64,000 bases of DNA from Lama glama (taxonomy: Eukaryota): assembly GCA_028534125.1 (NCBI GenBank), contig CM052829.1:2914001-2978000 (forward strand). Reading direction: 5' to 3'. Under the pieces are notes generated by a model. That model searched no databases. It was given only the letters and a program-made list of their open reading frames with translations, and was not told the DNA's origin. The position numbers and the translations under genes were made by a program. Below, piece by piece: positions 36,076 through 48,218 of the stretch (position 1 is its first letter; every line of letters starts with the position of its first letter).

Positions 36076-37419
36076 GCACTAGGTAATTATCAGGATCTTG
36101 TTTACTATAAAGCAGGTTAAACATGATGTGAACGTTTTACCAGTTATTGCAGTGTTAATTTTTGTTTGTTTGAAAACAGCTCAGGGGGTCTGAGAAGGAA
36201 GGAAAAAATAATTTTCATGGAAGAGGAATATTTCTCTCTTAAAAGGGAAAACTCTTAGTTTTATTCAAAACATTTTAATTTCTCTTTAAAATGTAAGTCA
36301 GTTTCCTCCAGCTGATCTAAATATGTCCAAGGGAGCACTCCACAGTGATAGAATTGCTCAAGATCTTATAAAGGGAACAGAGGATGCCTCACACTCTGAT
36401 TTTACGTGAAGCATTTACCACTTCCTGGAATTTTCATGCTCCTTTCCAGGCCTACTTGTTCACTGCCCGTCTTCCCTGGGCAGAAGGCAAGGTTGGTGAG
36501 AGCCTGAGGGCAGGGGCTGGTCCTTTTGGTCACGTCCCTGAGCCTGTAATGGGACTCAGATACTTGTGCTGAAAATCCAGAAGTGAAAGGAAACAAACAC
36601 AACGTGGTGTCTGTCTTCAAGGAACTTAGAAGTTGAAGGCCACTTGCGGACAGTGTCCTTGGCCTTGGCCCGTGTCCTGGGAGCCAGGAGTCAACCATGT
36701 GTGTGAAAGAGTCCTTCTTGCAGGAGCACACAGCTGCACACTGAGCAGGCGAGCTTACCTGGCGGAGGCGGTGTGGTTGCTCGGGGCCTAGAACGGAGCA
36801 TCCTCCCACCGGAGGGTCCTGGGGGGCTTCCTGAGGAGCTGGTCTGGGTCTTGAGGTGAAGGGGATTCTTCTTGCCCTGTGCTGGGAGGAGGAGGAGTCT
36901 GGGAACGCCTTGCTGGCGTGGGGTCCAGAGCTGCTGCCAGGGCAGAGCTGGGGCAGGTGTGGGAGGGAGCTGGGGAGCCAGGGAGAGGATGCCCTGGGCT
37001 GATGCTGAGGACCTCGCAGTTACCTGTCACTGCGAAACCCTTTGAGGGGCTGTGCAGTGTGGTGAGATCGAAAGGTAAGAAGACTGCCTTGGAGGGTGGA
37101 GCTGGACTTCTCGGTGCTGGAGGCAGAGGGTTGACATCTGTGGCAGACACTCTGCCAGGTGAAGAGGTGGAGGCTGAGCCAGACGGGGTGCATTCAGGTG
37201 AAAGGCAGGGGGCGGTAGAAGCCATAGGTGGCAGGTGATGTTAAAAGGACCTAAGACTGGGTGACTGTAGGTCGGAGGCAGATGGCTCCTCCGTTTCTGG
37301 CCTGGGAAGTTGGAGGGGCGTGTGGTTGGAGGGTGGGGGCAGGTCATGGTTCTGTGTCCCGAGAAAAGAACTGTCAGCCTCGAATGACTCCTCTGTGTGA
37401 GCACTGTCTTTGGTACCAG

Positions 37420-39100
37420 GGGTGTCTGCTTGTATGGAGCCTGCACTCCGTGGTGCAGACACTAAGCAGTCAGACAGACAAAGCGACAACGTCACATGTC
37501 AGAAGTATCAGGCATCCCACGAGTGTGCAGTGTGTGAAGACTGAGAGTTGGCCATGGGGCCACTCCAGCTTGGGTGGTCTGCGGAGGTCTCTCTGGGTGG
37601 AGGAAGCTAAGCTGGGCTGCAAAGGGCTGAAAGCAGCCAGCCCCCTGGGTGTTGGAGAGGAGCACCCCGGGCAGAGGAGACTCAGACTCCAGACTGGGGG
37701 AGGGGCTGTGCTGGGGCCCTGGAGCCCCGAGGACTGTCATGTGGAATGAAGCCCAGGAGGCAGCCGGCCCAGTGAGGGCTTTGTAAGGGAACCGCGCAAG
37801 GGGAAGGAAGCTACTGGAAGGTCTGAAGCAGGTGGGTGATGTATGATTTGTGGTCTTAGAAGTGCATTCTGGCTGGGGTTCACTGAATGAACCTAGGGGC
37901 TGCCATGGAAACGGAGGACCTGAAGGCCACCACAGTAGTCAAGACAAGAGCCGGTGGTGACTGGGATTAAGGTGATGGTGATGGGAGTGAAATGTGGCCT
38001 CGGGAGGTGTTTGGAGACAGACTCTGTGAGACGTGGACTGAGTATTTGGAGTAAGGGAGAGATGGAGGTCAAGAATGGGGCCGAGGTTTTCAGCTGGAGC
38101 AGGTGGGCGCGTGGTGGACTATGCTGTGATGGGGAAGGTGGAGAAGGGAGGGACAAGGAATCGGGCCTTGTGTTGGGCCATGTTAAGCCTGAGACGCCCG
38201 CTGCACAGTTCAGTGGAGTTGATAAGAAGGCAGTTGGGTATATAAGTCTGGAAATCAGAGGGCTGACACCAAGACTGGAGAATAAAGACTGTAATCACAG
38301 TGTTCAAAATCATGGGATTGTGTGCCCCCCTTGAGAGTGTGCAGATGCTTCCTGTCAGCACCAGGGCTCTGAGGAAGATTCAGGTGGAGTCGGCTAATAA
38401 ACGGTTGTGTGGTGTCGGGTAGGTCCTCCACCCAAGTCTGATGAGTGAGAGGAGGGCCTGGAAACCTGCAGGGGGAACTGATTAGGGACCTAGTTGTGTG
38501 ATTCTCCAGGGAGTGGTGGCAGCCACAGGCCTGAAGGGGGACTGAAATGAGAATGAGAGTGAGAAGAGGACAGGAGACGTATCTGATGCAGGAAGCATGG
38601 AAACCCTGAGAAGGGGTGATGTGGGAGCGAGGAGTTGGAATGGAACCAGACGTGGTGTGGAATTCGGAAGAACCTCAAGACAAGGAAGCCACATGCCCCA
38701 GACTTCAAGTCAGTCAGCGCAGCTGGGGTGCCCTCAGCCACCTCTGTCCGGGGTTCCAAGGGGAGCGGCCGGCGGGGAAGTCTTTTTTCAGTGGGAGGAG
38801 GGTCGGTGGAGACAGATACATTTGGCGGCTTTGGTTCTCAGGGAAGGAGAGGTGAGAAGTCGCCCATAGCTGCAGGGCGAGAAGAGCTGGCTGTTTCCCC
38901 ACGTAGAATTGACTTGAGGGTGTTTCTTTGTTGAGGAAGAGGAGTTTGAGGAAATATGAAAGGAGAGAACAGAACAAAACCTTAGAGGAGATGGGCGGGT
39001 GGAGTGCAGGGGTCAGGAGAAGCCTGGGGACAGCAAGGGGACTGAGGTCGGCAGGTGGAGAGAGGGGGCGGGTCGGAATTAACAGCACTTTCATAAGAGC
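37420..39100 (-). mobile_element. Fragmented L2
   Basis: gatggaggtcaagaatggggccgaggttttcagctggagc...ttgggccatgttaagcctgagacgccc...aggcagttgggtatataagtctgga are typical antisense L2 segments; boundaries approximate. Confidence 0.7.
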
Positions 39101-40119
39101 CTCTCTGTCCGTGTCCCCTGATCGGGCAGCGCCACGGTCATCTGAGAGGGCGAGCCCCGGGGAAGCTTCGAGTGGCGCTGTGGACAGCGGGAGTGAGCGG
39201 CCCAGCGCCACGGGCGAGTCACCGTCGCGGGTTGGAAGGGCCCGCCCAGACTGGAGAGGAGGCACCGGTAACCAGATGACTCGCTGAGTGACGGGAACGA
39301 CTGAGAACTTTTTAGAAGGAAAGTTATGTGGTTTAAGGTAATAGTTGAGGAAGCTTATCCAGGCAGGGCTGAGCCTGAGTGCTGTGGAGAGGGACTTGGA
39401 CCAGAGCAGGCTGGCACCCAGCCGGCATACAGACTCCTTTCCATTTACAGAGCCTCCAAACCAGAAAGCGGAGCGCTTTTAAGCTCTCAATACACAACTT
39501 TGTGAAAATTGCCCAGCAAGATGCAATGTGAGTGGTGGCTCCAGGGAGAACGAGCGTTGGAGCTGAGGGAGGGGATGCTTCCCCAAAGAAGAAGGACAGA
39601 GCCCTGAAGGCAGGGAGCTGCGGGCACAGTTCAGGAAATGGGGTAGAACGACTTGAAGGTGGTGAGGGCTTCCTGCAGAAGACCAGGGGAAGATGCAGCT
39701 GTAGGACGGAGCAAGGAGAGTGTCACACCCCCCCGTGGAGGTCACTCGAGTGTTCTGTCGGGGCAGGGGTGGAGGCACGGCGGGTCACGGCATGATTAGC
39801 TGCTGTAACGTGTGGATGTTTATGGACTGTGCTGTGCAACAGTTGCCGTCGGAATCACTGATAATGACTGTGGCCAGACCCGTTCCTTGCCTTCCTGGAG
39901 CCACGGTTTCCCAGGGAAACAGACAAGATCAGGGCAGTCGTGGTCCACTTTCACAGTGACAGTTGGTGCAGGAGTGCATGGGTGGGACGGAGCACTCCTG
40001 ATGGCATCCACGCCCACAGGACGAGGCCTGAGCTCGTCTCCGCTCTCCTACGAGGCTCTCTGCGGTGGCCCCTGCTGCCTCCTGCCTCGCGGCCCCTCCG
40101 CTGCTCGTGGTGCTTGTAG

Positions 40120-40380
40120 ATCTTGACCTTCTGGCCCGGGTCAGGGCTTCTCCTCCTGTGGGGAGCCCTTCTTCCCGTTGCCAGCTGCGGTCGCCTGGAA
40201 TCCCACCCTCCTTCCCAGCTTCCTCACTGTCCCCGGCTGCGTCTCCCTGGTGCCTGGCTCTTGTACTTGTCCACCTTTGTGTGTGTGCCTTGAGCACAGG
40301 AAGCAGGTTTGATCCTTTTTCTCCACCTCAGTGCCTAGCACAATGCCATGCACAGGGAGTCTAATGAGGAAGTAAGTGAA
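40120..40380 (+). mobile_element. L2 3' end
   Basis: ccttgagcacagga...ctccacctcagtgcctagcacaatgccatgcacagggag...aagtaagtgaa. Confidence 0.65.
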
Positions 40381-41226
40381 GGTGTTTAAGTGGGAGAAAA
40401 TGATCAAAACGGTCTTTTAAAAATATTAGTTTTCCCAAAGGAAGGAAATAATGAAATAAATAACGTGGTTTTTAAATTTTGCCAGCATATCTTGAAACTT
40501 CATTTGGTTCTTTTTTTGGTTTGTGTTTTCACGTGATCCATGTATACTGTTTAGCACCAGTGACCAAGGCTTCTGAGTTACTGAGAACACAGTGTGTTCA
40601 TTGCCTGAGCAGCAGGGATGGTGAGCTCGGCAGCTCCAGGAGTCGATGGAAGGAGGCAGATAAGTGTTGAGAGCATTTTGGGCATCTCTTTTATTTCCTG
40701 AGGCAGTGATAAAAAGCTTTTTACTTTGACGAAAACATTTTCCACACTGGGAAAGAGAAAGTGTTGCTTATGAAGCGCTGAAACAATGCCATGTGTATGC
40801 ATATGATGAATTATTTATAAGACACAAGCATATTTGGAGTTTTAAAAGTTGGTAAGTACTGTGTCAGAAGCAATTTTGCCTGAAGGGGAGGTCACTCTGT
40901 GGGAGGAAGCATCAGAGGTGTATGGAATGCAGGCTGTACCTACTTGCGCATGAGTCTGTGTGTCTGTATTGTTATTTTAGCAGCTTCCAAAATAAACATC
41001 TAAAATGATACCCACAAGGGCTTGATTACTCTGCTTTCCTAGATTCGGTAATTATCTATTTGATCTTTGCTATTAGGATTACATGCATTTTCAAATTGTC
41101 TTTTTGTCCCAGGACCAGAAGTTTACTTCTAAAAGCATTCTTGTTTCCTGAGTCATTGTGCCTTTTAGAGTAATACTCTTTTGGTCTCATGATTAACTAT
41201 GTCATCTAATTCTTTTAAGGCAGGTT

Positions 41227-42690
41227 GAAGACCTAGTTATAAAACAGCAATGATGAAAGAAATGTGGTACTGGCATGCATATGAAAAGATGAATCTAATC
41301 AATACAGCGGAAGAAAAAAGTCTTAAAACAGAGCCAGACACGTAAAGGAATTCAGTCTACTTTAAAAGTGTCATCTTATGTAGGAGGAGTAGAGATAGAC
41401 TGTTGAGAAAATGATTTGGAGACAACTAGATAGTCATGTAGAAAAAAATAAAATCAGACCATTCCTTTTACTGTACTTCCAGGATAAATTCCATATGGGT
41501 CATGTGTTTAAATAGATATCAAAAAAAGAAACCATAGAAAGAAAAACTTGAAGAAATTCCGTTCTAGCCTTGGCGTGGAGAGAGCTTTTAAATGTGACTC
41601 AAAATCTAGAAGTAATCAAAGAAAAGATTGATAAATTAGTCTACATTGGCAAAAAAACCCTTTAGATGGCCTTGAATACCATAAGCAAAATCCGCATGCA
41701 TTCCTGCAAAGCTCCTGTGCGCTGACTCCCTCTGCCTTCCTGCTCCGCGGACCCTGCTTCCTGCGGTGCGTCCAGCGTTCCCACAGCACAAAACTGCTGG
41801 TGGTTCTTGACTGTCTGCCCTAGGAAAAAATACTGATAACTCATATCATAGCGTAGGGCCAGCGTCCCTGACGTAAGAGAGCGCCTAGAAATGGTTAAGA
41901 AAAGATAACTCAATAAAAAATAGAGGATCTGAACAGAAAGGTGCTCAGCTTTATTCATAAGATAAATGCAATTTAAGATAATGCTGAAGTACCATTTTTA
42001 CCTGTCAGATTTGCAAAAATGAATACACTTCATAACACACCGTTGGCAGTCCTATAAGGAAGCAGGCACCGGTGTCCATTCCTGGCGGGAGCGTCGGTTG
42101 GTACAGCCCTGGAAGTGGGCAGTTTGGCAGTGTCCGTCAGTGTTAAACATGCACGTGCCCACTGAAGCAACAGTCCTACTTCCGAGAATTTATCACTCAG
42201 ATACGCTCACACATAGGCAAGATGACTCAACATGGTATTGATACATTACAGCTTTGGTTGAAAGAGAACCTTAGAAGAAACATTAGAAGTGAAGGTCAGC
42301 CTGTGGGGGCTTGTTGAAATAACATTTGTAGCAGTGAAATGAAGGTACTAAAGATCTTCCAGATATACTGCTCTGTGGAAAAAGCAAAGTGTGAAACGGT
42401 GCACAGTACATTAAACGTTATACTGAAAAAAATGTACACACACTTTTGTGTTAGAAAGGACAATAAAAGTATATACCTGTGTGACCTGTGTGTGTTTGTG
42501 TTGCATAAAGAAACAGGGCAGAGACTCAAGACAGCACTGGCAGCACTTTCTTGGCAGTGTGAGTGGAGATGGGGGAGTGGGGACTGGGGGACAGTGGGAC
42601 AGGGGTTGTACAGAGACTTTCTAACCTTTTTGTTTTTTTTTATTTTTGAATAATACAACTTACTCCCTATTCAAAAATTCAACTGAAAAA
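41227..42690 (+). mobile_element. Old L1ME-like 3' portion, interrupted at about 41690-41815
   Basis: aatgtggtactggcatg..., gacaactagatagtcatgtagaaaaaaataaaatcagacc..., gaagtaccattttttacctgtcagatttgcaaaaat..., cctggcgggagcgtcggttggtacagcc resemble the L1 ORF2 C-terminal region and 3'UTR. Confidence 0.8.
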
Positions 42691-43328
42691 CAAACAAGAT
42701 TTCACTGAAATGCCTTTCTTCGTCGTCAGCTGCCCTGGTTTGTGGTTGACGTAATCTTTTCTCGCTGTTGTGTTTTCACTGTCGTCCTATTGAGATCGTA
42801 GTTGGTTTTTCAGCCCCTGAAGTTTGTTCACTTGATTTCTGCCTTCCTCTGTCCTCCCACTTACTTCTCCTACACAAGATCTCAAAATGTCAAACCATGA
42901 ATATTAAAAAAAAACCTCGCAGGCATCACATCCACACCCCTCGTACTTACCAACAACTCCTTTTCTACGTCACGCATAGATTTGAAAATGGGAAAAAAAC
43001 CCTCTCAGTGCTATTTTAATATAATTTCTGACTCTGATGGAGTCTGTGGTTTCACACTGAAGATCTGAACTGTTGTGTGCACTCCTGGAGAGCTGCCCAG
43101 ACAGCCTCATCTGGTGGAAGTCACTGCATTCTGGCAAGAGGCGGAGTGTCTTCCCCGTGAACGCGTGGGCTTTCCACGCTCGCACTTCCCCGGGGAGCGG
43201 AGATGTGGCCTCAGGTCGTCTCGCCACTTGGGATCCCCCGCCACAGGGGCCACGGCAGGTCGTTAGAGTTTCTTCTGTTGTCACAGGGATTTGATTTTTC
43301 ATGTCGAGCAGGGACAGCGTGAACTTCT

Positions 43329-43440
43329 GCATTCATTCATTCCTCCGCAGACGTTTGCCGAGCCGGTGTGGGGGCCGTTCTAGGCAGACCAGACGGCAGC
43401 CCGCCCCTGACCTCAGGGACCCCGCTGTCCAGCAAGGACA
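43329..43440 (-). mobile_element. L2 3' tail
   Basis: cattcattcattcctccgcagacgtttgccgagcc...cccctgacctcagggac. Confidence 0.6.
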
Positions 43441-44679
43441 GTGCCCCGCCGCCCCCCGGCTGCGCCTTTGCAGTGGAACCGAATCCTTCAGTTCCTCTTA
43501 TTTGAGCTCCTCTCTGATTTTATTTTGGGCTTAAAGTTAATATTCACTGTTCCTCTAAGTATCTCGGGGGCTTCTTTCCTCCTGCCTCAGTTTGCCTGTC
43601 ACCCTGCTGATTTTCCTGTTCTGCTTCTGGTGTTGACATCTTCCTTTGTCTTATCACTTACTATTATTCCCTCGTAGTCCACCCATTGGTTTTATTTTAG
43701 CTACTACTTCCTTCCTAGTTACTGGATTTTGTGAAATCCGGTTCCTAACCTTCAACGTCCGCCTTCCACTACCCTCACGAAGTTCTTTGATCCTGTATTC
43801 ATGCTTCTCGGGTCTTCAGGCAATTTAAGTTACACGCTCTAGCCTCTGGGATGTGGAAGTTGTCAGCTTGTACGTCCTTAGGCCTCTTTCTTGAAGACAC
43901 GATTTTCTCACAGTAGCCAGGGTCCAGGGAAAGCCCTGATGACTGGATTGCTTGCTCTTCCCGGAGTGGGGCGTGGGCGTGGGGGTGGGGTGGAATCACG
44001 GTCCTGTCACTCCACCCAGCACTGCAAGTGCTTGCAGAGGCTTGCCGGGTCACTGGGAATGCCTTTATGTTAAAGCCTGTTCTTTATTAATGCTAGTGCT
44101 CCAGTGGAATTTCATTTCTCACGAGATCCTACCATCACTGTAGGGTTTTGGCACCCTCTGTGTTTGTAACTGGTCTGTTTTTTTTTTTTTTTAGTCTAAT
44201 GGGTTATCATTAGGAAATCTGTCAATTTTTTTCCCCAAGTGATTTTTGAATTCTTTTTGTTTTGTGTTGGTACATTTTTTGATGTATCCTGGTCACATTT
44301 TTGAGATTCGAAATTACTGTGACTTCCTGTATGTGGGGTACAGTCTGGTGAGAAGTGCCCCGTATTGCTAATGCAGAAGGTGTTGAGGACCAGGTTGTGG
44401 GGCAGGTGTGGTGATAGACAGCGATCTGCCTAGGGCCGGGGAGGGGTTTTGGAAAGAGATACAAAAGTTTACTCTTGTTCATTTTTCCTTTCTTTGTTGA
44501 TTCACTGCTGGCCCTGGTCAGTATTTCCTGGTGCCTTGGGACTGCCGACTTCTCAGTAAGGAACAGCGGATAGTCCGAGTGCTGAGAAGTGGGTCTGTGT
44601 CTCTGTTAAGCAGATGCCGAGGACGCGGTGTAACGTGGTGCTTGTTGAGTTAGGCTAGCCCACGTCAGAGTGCTTGCTC

Positions 44680-44780
44680 CGCCAATTGTGAGGTTGTTGT
44701 CAAATGAAATGAGATCACACATGTCAAGTGTTGGCAGTAGTGCCATGAATAGAGTAAGTGCCAAGGCATGTTCGCCACTG
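44680..44780 (+). mobile_element. MIR core/3' fragment
   Basis: gaggttgttgtcaaatgaaatgagatcacacatgtcaagtgttggcagtagtgccatgaatagagtaagtgcc. Confidence 0.65.
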
Positions 44781-45884
44781 CCACGTCCTTGGACTTGAGC
44801 GAACCCTACGAGACAGTCTTTACTGAGAGGGACTCGGTGGCAGGGAGGCAGTTGGGTAGCAAAGGGAAATGAGGAAAAAGGCTGCCCCAGAGCACCCGCT
44901 TGGCTGGAAAAGGGGTTTCTCTGCGGTTACAGGAAGTGCAGCTTCTGGAAACCCTAAAACCAGGAAATGGCTGGAGTCTTAAGAGCAATTCCACTTTCTT
45001 GGCAGGAAATTAAAGGAAAATGCGTCTAAAATAAAAGGGAAGAATTTTTGGAAAGAGAAAGAACTAAGAAAAAAAATAGTGATTGTGATTAGCCCTCTTC
45101 CATGTAGGGGAATCTATTTTCTGAATGGCTATTCTGGTCGTTTTCCCCATTTTTGGAGCCTCTGCACATCCAGCGGGTCTGACCTCTGTTCTCTTGTGCG
45201 TCTGAACTGTTCACGGCCGCCTGGGCTGGCTGGAGGCGCCGTTTGCGTCAGGCGTCCTGCTGCTTGGGTTGAGGGGAAAAGGCAGCCCTGGGCGCAGAGC
45301 CAGCCCCAGGACAGGGGTGCGCATTATCCAGACGACACGTTCGCTCAGGTTTGGTTTGTGTGTGTAATTTTTCGTTCACAACTGGCTCTGTAGAGTTTTG
45401 TAGGCTGTTGCTCTATATTCTTAGCCATATGAGTGGTTTTAGTCCTATGTATACATGTCACATTTTCCTTTCCTAATTCAATACACTCTGACTTGGAAAG
45501 GTGAGAGTGTGCCTGGAACAATATCCCCTTACGATTTTGAGGCTACACTTTAAACTGTTTAAAAAACATTCTACATCTGGTTTGCATTTATCAGAAACAA
45601 ATCTACCAATCGGTTATCTTATTTTCATTTAAAACTTTACAAACAATTTGAGGAATTACACTCTTACCAGGATCTTTTGGAATTCTTTAATACTGTATAG
45701 TAGAAATGTGTATTTGAAAAATACTGAATTGGCTTCTTTTCAGTAGGTAACAGTTCATTAAAAGTAAAAGAAACTTCAAACGGGCACTCAGCTGTGCAGG
45801 GTGGCAGTGGCCCCTCCGTCCCTCTTCTCTTTGTATGGAGACCTGGGTGATTAATCTGTCATGAGACCAAAATTGATCTGATCA

Positions 45885-46000
45885 CCTGCTCGTCTGTCTT
45901 TCCTTGACACTGTGAGCCTGAGGTTTGCTGTCTTCGATCTCAGGTGACCAGCAAAGTCTTCAACAGGAATCAGTCACTCAGTAAGTATGTATTGAATGAA
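45885..46000 (+). mobile_element. L2 3' end
   Basis: cactgtgagcctgagg...cactcagtaagtatgtattgaatgaa. Confidence 0.6.
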
Positions 46001-47781
46001 GAATTCCCAAGAAGCAGTAGGGTGCACTGGAAACATGTATTTTGGGGGGAAAAATCTGGGTTCACATTTCAGCTCTGCTTAATTTCTGAGCTAAGCTCTG
46101 CTTATCTGTAAAATGGGTGCTCAGTCTATGTGAGCTTCCCTTCAGAAGAAATAAGAGCTCTAAGTCATCACATTTTGGAATTCTCTTGAGTTGTAACAAT
46201 TTTAGAGTGGTAATGTTTTCTCTTTGATTCTATATTAAGTTTGAGAAGCTCAGCTTAGGGTTTTTTTTTTTTTTTTTTTTACCATTAAAAGAAAAAAGAA
46301 AATGCAGGGCAGTTTTCAGAAATCCTTAAAATGTTGCTTCTGATTTTTAAAAGAATCTGTGACTTCGTGGAAAGGTCTGTGATGACAGTTCCGCGGCCCT
46401 GGGGTGTAGGGGGCGGGCTGCCTCGGGGCCTCCCCCCTGCCCACCTGCCTACCAGCTGCAGAGCTGGTCCTGGCCAGTCTGGCCCATCTTCCTGAAAAGA
46501 CTGATACAGGCTCCTGTTTGGGGATTTGACCTGCTGCTTCGACTACTGGACAAAGTTGCCTCCTTTGTTCTCCTGCCTCCCGTCTGTAAGGATGCTGTCC
46601 TCCAGTGTAAGAGTCTGTGAGACCGTGGCTTTTGTCCAGTAGCTGTTCCGGGTGGAGACGAGTGACTGGCTGAAGTCAGTAAGAGGTTAGGGAGATCTCA
46701 GCTGCCCACTCCCGGGGCTTTTCCAGAGTCGAGTGAGGTTGCGTTTCTGTGAAACTACCCTGAGGTCACGCCTCTGACTCCAGTGATTCTCTTAATTACT
46801 CAGTTTCCCTTGAAGAAAGATTCAAAGAACCCTACTTTCTCAGTTTGGTTTTCCTCCAAAGCAGAGCCTGAAGTGAAGACAGGTGGTTCACTTTGCGGTG
46901 ATTCCAGCAGATGGGAGGGAAGGCGCGAAGTGAGGGTCACAGGTCAGGAGTTGGAGCCAATAGAGGGAGAGTTATTCTCATGAGGATGCAGGCAGTCAGG
47001 GCTCCACTCTGCTGGAGCTCCTCTGTCCCTGAGGGGCCTCCCCCTGGAAGGGTATCCCCAAGAAGGCTGGGGTGGGGGCCAGCAGCACTGACGCCCCTAC
47101 CCCCTCCCCCTGGAGGGGGCTGTTCTGGGGGCTCTAGCTCTGCGCTTCCAGGCTCTTCCGCACTTGCCAGAGGACCGGTGTGGTCTCTCCAGAAAGCAGT
47201 GAGGCTCAGGGTGCACACCTGAGCAGTGGCTTTTTAAAAAGTGTTACTGTTTCACGTTCCAAGGTTTTCCTTGAGATCTGTGTAAATCCAAGCAGCTGTG
47301 GTCATTCTGCTTGTACAGTATATTTCAAGGTGAAATTATGCTTGTCCAGAGACAAGGCATTTAATCAAAAAAATGCTGCTATATGGTCAGGCAGGAATGT
47401 GGACATACCATGTTTTGAAAGGGTTTTAGCAAAGAAATTAAAAACAAAAAAGGTTTTCTGATTAACCCTCAATTACAGAGAATGTTAAATAAACCAGAAC
47501 ACTCTATTCAGAGAGCATTCGACTTAATCGAGTTTCCACTGTTCTGGTGTCCCCCACCCCTCAGCTTTTAAAAGTGATTCTTCTAGATAAGATACTAAAA
47601 CTGCACAGGGATTGTAGCTGTCCTGATAATTTTGGCACAGACGGGATCTAGTTTAGTAAAAATATCTTTACTATTGCATGTTTCTGATTTGGTGGAAGGT
47701 GATATAAAGTAACAGGTATTAATCAGGATTATTAATATGGCAACTGCATAAGACTAATGACAGACTATTTTAAAATAAATA

Positions 47782-47994
47782 CTTCTTATTTATCTATTTT
47801 ATATATAGTAGTATCTACAGTACAGGAAACCATATTTGAAACCTTGTCATGACCTATGGTGAAAAAGAATATGAAAAGGAATATGTATGTGTGTAATTGA
47901 ATCACTGTGCTGTGTTATCGGAAATTAACACAACATCGTAAATCGATGATACTTCAATAAAAATAAATAAATAGATACACACATACATACATAC
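47782..47994 (+). mobile_element. Short lineage-specific L1 3' end with inverted 5' segment
   Basis: Sense 3'UTR from 47817 (acagtacaggaaaccatattt...tacttcaataaaaataaa) preceded by a 35-bp antisense piece of the same family; compare the copy at 60752-60996. Confidence 0.8.
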
Positions 47995-48044
47995 TAAAAC
48001 TAGCGTATTCTATGAAGACATGTATATGAAATTACCTTCTTAGA

Positions 48045-48218
48045 CAGAGGCAGACTCTTTGTGTAAAGGGCCACACAGCACCTGTCCCAGACTTTGCGAG
48101 ACGCAGTCTCTGTTGCCCCTCCCCAGCGCTGCCACTGAAGCAGGAAAACCCAGACGGTGCGTAAGTGAATGAGCTGATTTACGAAAACTGGCAGTGCACT
48201 GCAGTTGGCTGACCCCTC
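48045..48218 (+). mobile_element. MER58A-like hAT-Charlie DNA transposon
   Basis: ...tgtaaagggccacacagc...gtctctgttgcc...tttacgaaaactggcag...gcagttggctgacccct follows the recalled MER58A consensus. Confidence 0.75.
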
